Assembly: GCA_964016885.1 (NCBI GenBank)
Contig: OZ024745.1
Coordinates: 126,294,001 to 126,358,000 of the forward strand
DNA: 64,000 nt
Direction: 5' to 3'
Origin: Eledone cirrhosa
Lineage: Eukaryota
Part shown: positions 14,161-27,112 of the stretch, in pieces
Layout: each line of letters begins with the position of its first letter
Numbering within the stretch: position 1 is the stretch's first letter
Program-made: the position numbers and the translations under genes
Notes under the pieces: model-generated
What the model saw: only the letters and a program-made list of their open reading frames with translations
Told to the model about the DNA's origin: nothing
The model's database searches: none

Positions 14161-15840
14161 AGTTCTAAATAAGCTCCATTTAAAAATGCAAATAATTCCT
14201 AAACGCTGGGCAGCTTTTAAGGTTTCGAGATATTAGAGAGAGAATTCTTTCATTTGAAAAGACGCTGGTTTATTTGTATATAATATTCCCATATGATCCG
14301 AGACCTTGAATCGCAATATTTAAGGAACACTTAATGAAACACCTGTGGAAGAATGACCCTGAAGTTCAATTCTTTCATATCATTTCAGCCAATTAAATTT
14401 AAATGTTGTCATGACTAACAGGTTGGAAGCCGATGTCTTTATAGAGTCGGAGAAAGAGAGAAAGAAACCACGGCTTCTGCTTATCCACAAGACCGGAGAT
14501 CGGTGGAAGGCTTGTAACAGAGTAGAATCCAAGGACAGGTTATGTAAAACCAGTCCCTCCCCAACAAAAATAGGTAGGATTAACTGATGAGCTCTCGCAC
14601 AGTTTTGGTGTGATTCCGTCTGGCGCGACAATCATTCTAATATTTCAGTTGTTTAATTTTTATATTCCACAAGAATTTAGTTCTTAACTTCTCGTAAGTC
14701 AGAAAATAGACGAAAATAAAAGACAGACGAAAATAAAATTTAAAAGAAGAGAGATAAAGAAAAGGTGCTATCCAAGAAAATTGCAAACTGATGAGTTATT
14801 TAGTGGCTTACAATGCCTAGGTCGAATGTTCTCACATGATAATAGACTATCTGGGGCCTGATATAGTTGATACTGACAAATGTATTATGACCTATCGTTA
14901 GATAGAATTGATTTACGTATTTTTCTACTGGCTTCGGCTGTACATATACCTATCTTGAAACTATTTAGGTCATCTTGTCTGATATTAATATAGATATACT
15001 ATCATCGGATGAGGTGTATGCTGGGCTGCAAAGAGAGGAATAGCTACAGGGACTTATCGGTTTGGAGGGGGCTTTGCGAAAAATCATTTAACAATCTAAT
15101 GGGGATCTAGCTACATATGATGCTAGATTTAGTGAAGCTGTTGAGCTTACCACGGAGATCGGGGGAAGAGGGAAGGGTGATAGGAAGGAGAGAGAGAGGG
15201 AGAGAGGGAGAGAGGGAGAGAATAGGGGAGAGATAGAGAGAGAAGAGAGAGGTCAAGGTATATATTATGTTGAGAATGAGCCCATATGGAAACGGAATAA
15301 GAAGAAAAGAAAGAAACTAATGTTACGTACGGGTTCTTTTGTCAGAGAAGAAATACTTTTACATTGTTTTTCAAATTTCTCTACTCAAGAAAATCACATC
15401 AACCAAACGTTGGTCTGTATCTCATCTCACGTCATAATAAGCCAATGAGAGCCTCTGAGTATTTATTTGACCTGCTAGAAATATAGCCAAATCTCCCTAA
15501 AATCACGTCTTACGTGATGGGGTCCAAGATACAACGCCTGAAAAACTAAAACAAGGCAATACAACCCATCTACCCGAAAAGAAAAAGCCAGAGGGAATCG
15601 TAACCCCTGTTATGATAGGTCTCCAGTAGCAACAACAACAACAAAACATATTTTGGTAAGATTTGAAATTTCAAATTTAGTGGACTATCTCTCTATTTAT
15701 TCAATGTAGCTAGGTAGCATGCACATTTAGGGAAATGTCGTTTATGGACTTATTTCCAACGACAAATTTTCTTTATTCATATAGAGACTGCAGAATGGTG
15801 CACACGCAACAAATATAAGGCATAATTATCTATAATATAT

Positions 15841-16140
15841 AGGCGGCAAGTTGGCAGATTTGCTAGGACGTCGTATAGAATGCTTTGCATATTCATTACG
15901 GTTCTCTGAATTCTAATCCTATCGAGGTCAACTTTTCCTTTCATCCATTCGAGGTCAACAAAAAAGTACCAGTCTAGTACTGAGGTCGATTCTTCCTCTA
16001 TATCTCTTTCCCACACCCGTTCTCTCACTCTCTATCCTTCTCTGGAAGAAATCTGCTGTACCCAGGCCTCGATAGGATTGAGCTTCTCTAGGTTTTAAAA
16101 TGCTGCCCTAGAAAGGCCGTATCTTAATAAGGCGCCCCTG
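15841..16140 (+). mobile_element. older SINE subfamily with distinct 3' tail
   Basis: SINE core followed by a GGAAGAAATC...AAAATGC tail, also seen at 16552-16850 and 47785-48030. Confidence 0.7.
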
Positions 16141-16193
16141 CCACACCCTCAGATGTTACGTGACCATGCATGTATCTATACTAATAATATAAT

Positions 16194-16410
16194 GGCTTCT
16201 TATATAGGCACAAAGCCATCAATTTTGGGGGAAGGGAAAGTAGATTAAATCGACCCCAGTGCGTGATTGGTACTTTATTTTATCGACCCCGTATGGATGA
16301 AAGGCAAAGTTAACCTCGGCAGGAATTGAACTCAGACTGTAAAGGACCGTAACCCTATGCTGCAAAGTATGGCGTCCGGCCCTCTACTGATACTGCCAAT
16401 TCACCGCCCT
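16194..16410 (-). mobile_element. SINE long form with TSD
   Basis: TSD tatctata(c/t)taataatataat on both sides. Confidence 0.9.
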
Positions 16411-16551
16411 TATCTATATTAATAATATAATCCAATGTGATTAAGAATAAAGACATATGTGAACCTATACTATATGTATACATCTAGATTCGCTGTCATC
16501 GCAGCTACTTTAGCAACGACAGATACATATTAATGTCTTTACATATAGTCA

Positions 16552-16850
16552 GTGGCGGCGAATTGGCAATCTCTAGAACGTTGGATAGAATGTTTTACTT
16601 ACTCGCTCCAGTTCTCTGCGCTCTGAGTTCAAATCCTGCCGTGGTCATCTGTGCCTTCCATCCTTTTGGGGTCGATAAAAAGGTACCAGTGCAGTATTGG
16701 GTCGATTCCTCCGCGATATTTATTTCTCACTTCCTCCCAATCACTTTCCCTCTTCCCTGGAAGAAATCGGCTGTGTTCTCACCTGGAATGGGGATGGGCT
16801 CCGCCAGATTTAAAATGCCCAAGACACACCGTATGTCAGGACAGTGCCCC
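16552..16850 (+). mobile_element. older SINE subfamily
   Basis: GGCGGCGAATTGGCA head, GAGTTCAAATCC, core and extended tail. Confidence 0.75.
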
Positions 16851-17689
16851 TATGACTCCACCAAAAATTAAGGGCCCACTACCTTACCTACCTACCTTAT
16901 TATATATGCGCCTTTATTTTGAATCACAAAATAATGGTAATGTCCCTTGAACTGTCTTACCCGGCAAAATATGTTAGTATATGTGTGCGACCCACGGCAT
17001 ATGGCCACGTAAGTATATTTTGAATAGAGCTTAAATTAGTTAGAAGCCATTTGTTTCATATATGCTGTCGAAAATGATAACAGAAAGTAATATCGGTTCT
17101 TAATGTTATTAGATAAATAAAACTGAATAAGGTAAATCTAAATTAATCATCCTCATATATTTCGTTGAAAATTCCGCTCTTCAGGATTTGTGTGTATTAT
17201 AAAACATAAGTTTATTCATCCATACTTCGACTCAATCATTACAGCCAGAGCCCGTTATTATTGGTGTGAAAGTATACGTACAAATACGCTTGATAAAAGT
17301 ATGGCTGATCTTCGACTCTTACAGAAAATAACGTAGCTCCCTAATTCATACAGTATAGATGAACGCCACACCTGAGACAATTAAAATCTGTAGGATCTTA
17401 ATATTCAAATAGTAAATGGTTGTGCAATGTATGACTAATACACGACATACATCAATTTTATATTTTAAAAAATATTTTCTTTACAATCTTGTCATGGAGC
17501 AGGTGGCCGATCAAAATATAATCAGAACATGAATACATATGCATGCGTACATACCCACATACATACATGCATACATACATACATAAATTCATGCACATAT
17601 GCATTCAAACATACATACATAAATAGATAAACACATGCACATATGCATACATACAAACATACATACATACATACATACATACATACATA

Positions 17690-18040
17690 CATGATGGCTG
17701 CCCCCTCGTTATCGAGTATGACCATTGCACGATATAACATTATTAATAATTATCAATTAATGCTATCGTGCAATGCCTGCGCGTGAAGATTTTTTTTTTT
17801 TAAGTGAGAAAAGACTGTGCACTGAGCCAATCCCACTCTCTGAGCGACAGTAGCTATAACCGGAAAAGAAGAAAAGATCAACATCATCGGTAACTACTGA
17901 GCCGCAGGTTTTATATCAGAGTTATCCCAGTTTCCTGAGTTGCTTTCTCCCAGAAGAATGCCCTGACAAAAGCTAGGGGTCCTTCACTCCCAGTGGTTTA
18001 ACCGCGTGATCAGGTATCTAGCCCAATTATTTCTATGTCC
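17690..18040 (-). mobile_element. RTE-derived non-autonomous element (5'UTR-like body + (TGTA)n tail)
   Basis: GTCAGGGCATTCTTCTGGGAGAAAGCAACTC...ACTCTGATATAAAACC resembles RTE 5'UTR motifs; second copy at 33430-33945, related pieces at 18620-18755 and 56250-56320. Confidence 0.6.
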
Positions 18041-18314
18041 CCGCGCATATACATGCATATACATACACATATATACATGTACATACATATGTACATGTGT
18101 ATATACACATTTACACATTTTTGGATGGCTGTTGACTCTTATGAGTTCTTCTGCCCTTTGTCAGGTTTTGTTTTTTGTCCTGCAGGGTGTCTAAAATCAC
18201 CCTCCTCGCCAAGTAATCTTGGTGGGGTTGCCGGTTTAGTCGCCGACGACCCGACCAATGCGACAAGTTGTACTGGGTTACATGTTACCAGTAGCACTTA
18301 AGAGTGACCCGACA

Positions 18315-18830
18315 TAACATACATACATAACGACATGCACATATGCATACATACATACATACATACATACATACATACATACATACATACATACATGCAT
18401 ACATGCATACATACATACATACATACATACATACATACATACATACATACATACATACATACATACATACATACATACATACATACATGGTGGCTGCAAA
18501 CTCTGCTAAGAGTATTGCAATCGCTTGTCAGATTATAGAGTTTGGTTCGTTTTTAGGCTACGGCCAGCCACACGAACCTGTAACAGATCCTGAACAAGCA
18601 ATGTCTGTGCTTTGAACGGTTTTTAAGTGGGGAAAAGCCTTGCACTCGACCAATCCCACTCTCTGAGCATCGAAAACACTACCCGAAAAGGAGAACTGGT
18701 CAACATCATCGGATGCTTCCGAACCCGCAGGTTTCTTTTTTCAGAGTTTCCTGCATACATACATACATACATACATACATACATACATACATACATACAT
18801 ACATACATACATACATACATACATGATACA
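18315..18830. repeat. (CATA)n microsatellites flanking RTE-related fragments
   Basis: Directly visible runs at 18345-18488 and 18754-18825. Confidence 0.9.
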
Positions 18831-19698
18831 TTTACACTCATACATTAACACCCATACATTAATACTCATACATATATCCATACATTGAAGCATACATACA
18901 TTAGAATCCGGTTAATAGATACGCATTGGGACAATAACGCTATGATCCAATTAAGCGGTTGCTTCGTTTTAAGTAAACGGGTTAAAAAGGCTCCAAGCAA
19001 TACACAAACTACTTTATTTCATGCTCACAGAGCAACAAAAAATACTTAAAGGAATTATGGTACTCATGGGAGGAATGAAACTTTTGTGTTGAAAGCAATT
19101 TCAACTCAATGCATATATTTCTCAGGCACGCATGTATATATTCTTTTATTTGTAAATAACTCTGATGGAATTTATCGACTGTACTCTATTGTAATCCTTT
19201 GATTGACTGTAACTGAACGAAACCAGCACAGTTATTTAGTGCAGATAAAGTTATTTCGTGCTTGATTTACTTTCCTGATAATAATAACGTATTTCAGCAA
19301 TGAACTTCATAGAATTCTGTTTAAGTGAATTGATTTAATTCATTTTTGTTTTCTGATTTTTCTTGCTTGTTTCACTTCAGTTTCTTCAACAATTCTATCT
19401 TTGCAATTTTTATTTATGAAGTAGTGTAGTGACGAAGGCTACTATCATTGCAGAAAAAAATAATCCTCATTATTTTCTAAATTGACTTCATTTTTCACTA
19501 TTGGTGGTAGCTAACACCTCAAAACGTTAAACTTAAAACTGCTGTGAATATAGCAATTCTGAAGAGTATTTCCTTATTTCTTGCCAGTTAGAAAACCATA
19601 CTATCTGTAATGGTTAACGCCTGTGCTAACTCTTTTGACTGTTGAACTAGCAGAAACGGTAGAGTACAAAAGGTAAATACTGTGCACTATTAACTTAT

Positions 19699-20102
19699 GC
19701 GGTGAATTGGCAGTATCGGTAGGGAGTCGGACGCCATGCTTTCCAGCGTAGTTACGTCCCTTTACGGTCTGTGTTCAAATCCCGTCGAGGTTAACTTTGC
19801 CTTTCATCCTTACGGGGTCGATACAATAAAGTACCAGTAATACACTGGGATAATTGCTGGCCTTGTGCCAAAAGTAGAAACAATTATTATTAGTATCGGT
19901 TGTATTAGTATCGGACACCATGCTTCACGGCAAAGAGTTACGGCCCTTTACGTTCTGAGTTCAAATCCCTCCGAGGTTAGCTTTGCCTTTCATCTTTACT
20001 GTGTTGATAAAATAAAGCACCAGTAAAGGACAGGAATCGATTTAATCGTCTTTACTCTCCCTCAAAATTGCTGGTCTTGTGCTTATAGAAGAAACAATTA
20101 TT
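19699..20102 (+). mobile_element. two adjacent SINE copies
   Basis: Young copy at 19699-19890 and long-form copy at 19905-20102. Confidence 0.85.
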
Positions 20103-20790
20103 ATGGCAAGTTGCTATGAAACCTTTCTTAATATAACAAATGAAACTCCAGTGTAAAATATGTTAAGAATATGCTGACTTGAGTAATACAACAATGTAAG
20201 AGGTTCTTTGATAACTGTACTGGATGCAAATTTATCCGACTAAATCATTTCCTTTCCATTCGATTTTTTGTTATGGTAAGAGCATATAGAGGATTCTCTG
20301 ATTGTATTAATTCAGCTATCTAGTTGTTCCGTTCCTTTTGTGGTTACTGTGTATGCGAGCTGTTTAGTTATCGAACTTAAAATTGCTAGGGGTGGTTGCA
20401 ATAATGTTGATAGCTATTCACTCCAGTATTTCCTTAGGGATGGTGTTGGTAATGCAAATATCGTTTATGTAAACGAAAACAAAATCTTTTATACGGATCA
20501 ATTAAACGAAAACACACAGCTCTGCTATGGCAGTCTTCTGTACATCATCACGATGAACTGGGATTGATTGATGATCAAGTAAACATCGATTTCAGAAGAT
20601 ATTGCGTTTTCCATTTAATAGGGCTGTAAACTCTTGTTTATCTGGCACCGGGTTTCTGTCAGGCATAGGGATGATGTTTAAGACATGGCAGTCGCCACAT
20701 ATCCTGGCCTCTTTCTAAATACTATGAGTAGATAACCAGTTTTGAAGAGTGAATATAACCTCTTTTTAACAAGTGGTCAAATTCTCGTTT

Positions 20791-20826
<36 letters not shown>

Positions 20827-20846
20827 TTATTAAAATAACAGATTAA

Positions 20847-20897
20847 AGTTTAAGCAAAGAATCGCTGCTTTCACCCTTAACGGGATCTTCTGAAACT
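20847..20897 (-). ncRNA. type I hammerhead-like motif, U4A variant
   Basis: Minus: AGUUU CAGAAGA U CCC guuaa GGG U GAAA GCAG cgauucu UUGC UU AAACU; identical copy at 31817-31867. Confidence 0.5.
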
Positions 20898-20995
20898 AAC
20901 AAAGTCAATCTGTGAACGCAGAAGTGAATATTTTAAAAAGCGTTGCAACCGGAGGAAGACAGGAAGACGATACTTTGGTTCGTGGAAACGTTCCC

Positions 20996-21026
<31 letters not shown>

Positions 21027-21057
21027 GTAAGTAGTAACACAACAGTTAGTTTAGCAT

Positions 21058-21100
21058 ACCGAGAACAAATGTTTCACCTTATGCGGATCTTCAGCTCGGT
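21058..21100 (-). ncRNA. minimal type I hammerhead ribozyme
   Basis: Minus: ACCGAG CUGAAGA UCC gcauaa GGU GAAAC AUUU GUU CUCGGU; 6-bp stem I, intact core, GUU site. Confidence 0.7.
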
Positions 21101-21229
21101 TCCTATGTAAAAATTATGTTAGAAGATTTTAATTTAAATAGAGGCCCCTTAAAATGTTTTGGGTGGGATGGTAGCAAAATGATTAAAATAGTAGTCAATT
21201 TGAGCTCTTGACCTATCCCTCTGATTCAG

Positions 21230-21272
21230 ACCGAGCTAAAGAGCCGCATAAGGTGAAACATTTGTTCTCGGT
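21230..21272 (+). ncRNA. inverted copy of the hammerhead with a G5A core mutation
   Basis: ACCGAG CUAAAGA GCC gcauaa GGU GAAAC AUUU GUU CUCGGU. Confidence 0.55.
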
Positions 21273-21365
21273 TTGGAGAACTAACTGTTGTGGAACTACT
21301 TCTACCAAACTCGTTCCATGGACTGAGTGCTCTACTACTACGGATATAACTCTCCAGTGTTCTAC

Positions 21366-21444
<79 letters not shown>

Positions 21445-21448
<4 letters not shown>

Positions 21449-21563
21449 AACGAGTAGGACCCCGACGTAGGACCTACTCGTTCCTATTACCCACTCTACT
21501 ACCCTAAGTATTGAGTACTTTGGTGCGTTATGGTCCATCTGGTTCCTTACCACATTTCCTTCG

Positions 21564-21566
<3 letters not shown>
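21445..21566 (+). mobile_element. TA-embedded foldback element, collapsed hairpin copy
   Basis: TAGGAACGAGTAGG...CCTACTCGTTCCTA plus the shared tail TACCCACTCTACTACCCTAAGTATTGAGTAC...TTCGTTA. Confidence 0.8.
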
Positions 21567-21594
<28 letters not shown>

Positions 21595-21720
21595 GTTATA
21601 TTTAAAATTGTTGGGTTACAACTAGTAAATATTTATAACTGATATAAAAGCACTCGACAAATATTTGGAGTATATTTACAATATTAAATAAATGGAAAAC
21701 TATATTTATAAAACCATATT

Positions 21721-21786
21721 TATTTCATTATATATATTTCGGGGATATCATATTAACAATATGCTATGCCTTCATCAGACAAAATA
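21721..21786 (-). ncRNA. minimal type I hammerhead ribozyme with long stem II
   Basis: Minus: UAUUUUGU CUGAUGA AGG cauagCAUAUU guu AAUAUGauauc CCC GAAA UAUAUA UA AUGAAAUA; stem I 8 bp with 2 G-U pairs; AUA site. Confidence 0.65.
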
Positions 21787-22137
21787 CAATATAAACAGTT
21801 TTATAGATAAATATATTCGACATACCGTAATAAACATCAACTTCATTTGAAGAGGTTTACGCTAGCAGTAATATATATATAATATAAAACGAAAAATCAG
21901 TGATGCATCTGAACTCAATTTATTGTGTGTTACAATTGTTTCGCAGGCGGACAGCTCGAGACACGATCATTGTGTGGATCTGTCTGATTCTGGATCCGCA
22001 GGTTCGACGGACACGTCTAATGATAGTTGTTTTTTTCTTCGTAACTGAAAGCCTGTGAGATGGCAAAATGTTGCCATTGAAATCCGCGTCCTATTAATTA
22101 TGAATTGTTTGTAGTGTAATTTGATTATATATATATT

Positions 22138-22206
<69 letters not shown>

Positions 22207-22397
22207 ATTCTTATCGCTTCAATGCTTTCTGTATCTGATATGTTGACAATTTCCTCCATTCCACTCCAACCAACATTAGAAACAAAACCTCCATCTCTTT
22301 CCAAGAATTTGGCAGCAGCCATCATGATTTCATCATTATCTTGGAAGCGTTATCGTTAACATCATTACCATCGCAACCATTCCAATCTCCCCTTCCG

Positions 22398-22480
22398 TTC
22401 TTCTTCTTCTTCTTCTTCTTCTTCTTCTTCTTCTTCTTCTTCTTCTTCTTCTTCTTCTTCTTCTTCTTCTTCTTCTTCTC
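22398..22480. repeat. (TTC)n microsatellite
   Basis: Directly visible. Confidence 0.95.
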
Positions 22481-23065
22481 CACCTCGTCATCATCATCAT
22501 TAACATTAACATCTTTAGCTAGCATCGAATCCATCATGGCTGCCAACCAACAACTAATTAATGTTACCACACAGACACCACCAATAGCAGCAGCAAACCT
22601 GGCATCCCATCACCACCATGGCCTCTCCACTACTCCATTTTTCTCCTCCCCAGTTCCATCACCACTAACATCATTCACATGAACACTAAGAACATTTAGA
22701 ACAACCATATCACTATCACAAGGGCGAGAAGGACGACCAACACTCGCATCTCTACCAAGATTATCCTAATCATAATCATTATCATTTAGTCTTAACTTCA
22801 ATATGGCTGCCAACAATTGTAACCCTATCACTATCAAGAAACAAACGCCTCTAAACTGTCTTCACCATGCCTCCTCTACCACCAGCACTACCTACAACAC
22901 TACCACCTTTCTTATATCTATCACCTGCACAGTTAATATCTTTACCATCATCAGCAGAACCTTTCATCTCTTCGTTATCAGCTCCAAATAACATTAAACT
23001 CATCTCCATCTCGAAACTCAACATCATCACTGAATATAAAAATGACAACAGTAACACCTACTGAT

Positions 23066-23270
23066 TCAGGCACGAGGCCAACAATTTTGGAGGAGAGGAA
23101 AGTTGATTAAATCGCCCCAAGTGCGTGATTGGTACTTTATTTTGTCGATCCTGTTGGGATGAAAGGAAAAGAAAATCTCGGCAGGATTTGAACGTAGAAC
23201 GTAAAGGGACGTAACTACGTGCTGCAAAGCATGTTTACCGACGCTCTACCGATACTGCCAATCCACAACC
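23066..23270 (-). mobile_element. SINE long form
   Basis: Diverged core, head and tail. Confidence 0.8.
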
Positions 23271-23346
23271 CAACTACTATGAGATAATGATAGAGCTTCT
23301 ATGTAGTAACTCGACTTGCTAGAATAGTAGCCAGGTTTCCCTCAAA

Positions 23347-23537
23347 TAATTGTTTCTACTTTTGGCACAAGGCCAGCAATTATCCAGTACATTACTGGTA
23401 CTTTATTTTATCGACCCCGTAAGGATGAAAGGCAAAGTTAACCTCGGCGGGATTTGAACTCAGAATGATAAGGGCCGTAACTCTATGCGTCAAAGCATGG
23501 CGTCCGACTCTCTACCGATACTGCCAATCCACCGCCC
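23347..23537 (-). mobile_element. SINE young, with TSD
   Basis: TSD gtttccctcaaataat on both sides. Confidence 0.9.
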
Positions 23538-23629
23538 ATGTTTCCCTCAAATAATACCGCATAGACATTTATAAAGTGGCATAGACAATTTGGCATCATT
23601 GTCTCAAGATCCCAAATTGTCTATACCAC

Positions 23630-24230
23630 ATTGTATATTTCGGTCACAAACTATAATCAAACAACAATGGAATGGTTGCTGTGCAGTATCGCATCGCTCT
23701 AGGTTGGGCAGCTTTCAACAAGAGCAAGGAAGTAATAACATCAAAACGAGTTTCCTATCATCTGAGGGCTAATATCTTCGATACTTTCATCCTGCCAGTT
23801 GTGTTATATAGTCTTGACTGTGTTAATTGGACGACAAGGTCACTGCAGAAGCTCTCTACATTCCAGAACCACATCATGAGACTTATGACTGGCAAGTGGC
23901 TCAGCGACCATATCAGTATCAGTGAGCTGCTCAACATTACCAAACTTAGACCAATTACATCAATTGTCAAGTCAAGAGTACTCAAACTATACTGTCATAT
24001 AAAAAGATCAACTCATGGTGTGAGTAGGTTATGCCTGGAAGGACGGTTGGCTGGTAAGAGAAGCAGAGGCCGGCAGCCAAAACGATGGCTTGATAATGTC
24101 AACTTATGGACTGGACTTGATCTTTGCTCTTTAAACACAGCTGTTGGTGATCGAACTTTGTGGAGAAAAATATCTCATGCTGATGCGCAGTCTGCAACTG
24201 GCAGAGTTTAGCGACAAAAGAAGAAAGAAG
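23630..24230 (+). pseudogene. RTE LINE 3' fragment (RT thumb to C-terminus; ORF 23672-24211)
   Basis: VYFGH(YLG)...RIALGWAAF...FDTFILPVVLYSLD...GKRSRGRQPKRWLD; GAA tail; TSD atagacaattt at 23581-23591 and 24231-24241. Confidence 0.9.
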
Positions 24231-24246
24231 ATAGACAATTTAAATA

Positions 24247-24454
24247 CAGGTTGACCACAAAAACACCCCGAGCTTGATTATTTCATTGATCTTTACCGAG
24301 CAACAGAAGTGGCACACATCGAGTGTCTATGATATCAACTAATACCACATGAAACTTTATTAGTTTATGCAACCGTTGCCACCAATATTGTAAGAATATT
24401 TAAGTTTTCATATTATAAGTATTTGAAATCAAGGAGTGTTTTGTGGTCATCCTG
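24247..24454. mobile_element. Tc1/mariner-type MITE
   Basis: TA-CAGGTTGACCACAAAAACAC...GTGTTTTGTGGTCATCCTG-TA; about 22-bp TIRs and TA TSD. Confidence 0.85.
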
Positions 24455-24832
24455 TACTTTAAAAATGGCTGGATATTCACAGCTGGAAGGCCTTTGAATT
24501 AGGGCCGGCTTACCCACCAAGGCTCATGAGGCTAAACAGCAACATATATATATACGTCATCACCAACATTTTAATATGACCACTAACATCATGTTTTTTC
24601 TGGAAATGCCTTACCAATGTCTCTACTAGAAAGCAATCTTCAACATTGTCGACTACACCACCATTAATACCAAATGTTATAACGACATCATCAGCAGCTG
24701 TTGCAGCATCACCCTCAATTCATTTTCATCACCAAAGCGTCATCATCATCATTGCCAATACGACCACCACTACAAATACAAGTATACCTATAATCACTAA
24801 CATCTCCACTATTAGGCAATACTATTATTTCA

Positions 24833-24907
24833 ACCACCACTACCACCACCACCACCACCACCACCACCACCACCACCACCACCACCACCACCACCACCAC
24901 CACCACG
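24833..24907. repeat. (CAC)n microsatellite
   Basis: Directly visible; source of the poly-His/poly-Val ORFs. Confidence 0.95.
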
Positions 24908-24931
24908 ATTACTACAATCACCACTATCAGA

Positions 24932-25122
24932 TAATTGTTTCTACTTTTTGGCACAAGGCCAGCAATTATCCCAGTGTATTACAGGTACTTTATTTTATCG
25001 ACCCCGTAAGGATGAAAGGCAAAGTTAACCTCGGCGGGATTTGAATTCAGTCCGTAAAGGGACGTAACTGTGCTGCAAAGCATGGCGTCCGACCCTCTAC
25101 CGATACTGCCAACCCACCGCCC
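24932..25122 (-). mobile_element. SINE young, with TSD
   Basis: TSD ctatcagataat. Confidence 0.9.
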
Positions 25123-26206
25123 TATCAGATAATAATATCTAATTTAGGCACAAGGCCAACATTTTCTGAGGGGGGGGGGGGAATCGATTAAATCGAGCCC
25201 AGTATTTGACTGGTAAAGGGTCATAATTAAATGCTACAAAGCATTTTGTCCAAGCCTTTAACGTTTCTACTTATCCACCACCCTGCCACTAGCAGATAAT
25301 AGCATCATCAGACCCGCCACTGCCACCACCACCGCCACTACCAGCACAATCACTATCAGAAACACCACCATCATCATACTAAATATCCACCATGTTTGGT
25401 TGGTAACTAGAATAGAAATATTTAACCTAAGCAGCATGGTATATATTAGAACGGAGAGAGGGGAGATGGAGAGAAAGAAAGAGAGAGAGAGAGAGAGAGT
25501 GAGAGAGAGATGGTAATGGAATAGAGGGGAAGAATGGAATAGAGTAGTGTAGACAGAGAGGGGTAACAGCAGAGATAAGCATGATGGTCTTATCTCTTAC
25601 ATTACAATATAAAGCTACCATACAACTCAACATTTTATCAGTATTTAAAGCAGCTTCGCTTTTACACACGTGAATAACGCATGTTTCATTTGTGCATCGG
25701 AGCAGCTGCATATTATTACAGTTTTAGTGCACATCATTAGAATTCTAAATCATGCTTCAGTATAGCTTTAGGCCAAAGGTAATGATGTGCGCGCGGAAAC
25801 ACATTCACAGACATATATACATTTTACACATACACGCATATATACACAAACACACACACTCACACACAGATGATCTCTCACACACACATATACATATACA
25901 CGTAAAAATATACGTATTGTTTTTTGTTGATTTTGTTTTTTGTAAACGCTGCTTCTGTTGTTGCTTAACCCAAGGTTAAATCTGCTTGAACAGACATAAC
26001 CAAGAAGATTCTTATGGTCTTCTTTAAAAAGACAAAAGAAGTTTGTAGGTTGTGAGTTGATAGTAATTCGGGTGTTATTTCTAGTAGATTGAACGACTAC
26101 GTAGCAGATCCCTCGTTGGTTCGTTTCAAATGCTATTGATTAAAGAAAGATGCATTGTTGCTATCGTATGTAGGTAAGTCCTTTTTAATCGCAAGTGTAG
26201 AATAGA

Positions 26207-26600
26207 TCATCATCTGGCGGCCTCAGGCGATATCGACTCAATAATTGATCTCCACGTCGGTTTGTCGTTCATTGCCGTTGCCAAATCCTGGGTTTCAATA
26301 CCAGAATCTCTGGAGATAGCATCGGGATAGGAGAGCTTGCGCCCCCTATTATTTGTGACTGCTTGTGGTTTCCAAAGCGCTAATGGGGACACAGCCACAT
26401 AGGTGGCACGATGGCAATGGCCAACAAATCGTACTCTCCTTTTACGTACCATACGACAGATATGTGTGGGAAGCCGGCATATATTTCTTTCAAAGTCGCC
26501 AGCTTATGTTATGAATGCTTCGAAGTAGGTGAGTATAGATGCAACCATGGCACTTTCGTTGTTTGGATGACAGCGTCCATATAGTGTAGATACTTTGATT
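26207..26600 (-). pseudogene. RTE-type LINE 3' fragment
   Basis: RRVRFVGHCHRA...LWKPQ...GRKLSYPDAISRD; upstream WTL...GCIYTHLLRSIHNISW; ATG tail; same family as 719-951. Confidence 0.8.
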
Positions 26601-27112
26601 GGTTATAACAGAAAAGCCGAAATGAGTAACTAAGGGTAATCTTAACTCTAAATAGGCACCGCAGATAGTTGTTGTTGTTCTCAAAGTTATCCCTGACTGC
26701 ACAGATCGATCATCAAAGGCGTTCCAGTCGAGACTATCCCGACCTGTGTCTCTCCTTTGTTCTGTCCTATACCATGGTGTGGGACAGAACAAAGGGACAC
26801 AAAATAAAACCTAGTCACTGAGGAGGTCACTTTCTCGCATTCGTCGGTGGCGATTATCAAACTGATCTCAGTTTGACAATCGCCACCGACGAATGCGAGA
26901 AACTTCTCCAGGAAAGTTAACCAAGAATCTTAAAAGAATCTCCCCACCGAACTTAACAAACAACTTACTCGATCTACCAAACCAAATTGTAAAATTATAA
27001 TATAAAATTAAATTAAATTGTTTAGAACTACAACTGAAATCATTCTTTTCCTTTTTTAAAATATACCTAATTGTACCAAGGATTTCACACATTTTCCAAT
27101 ATATATATATAC

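Noticed and set aside
24646-25044. Poly-His protein ORF
   Set aside because: (CAC)n microsatellite running into an antisense SINE.
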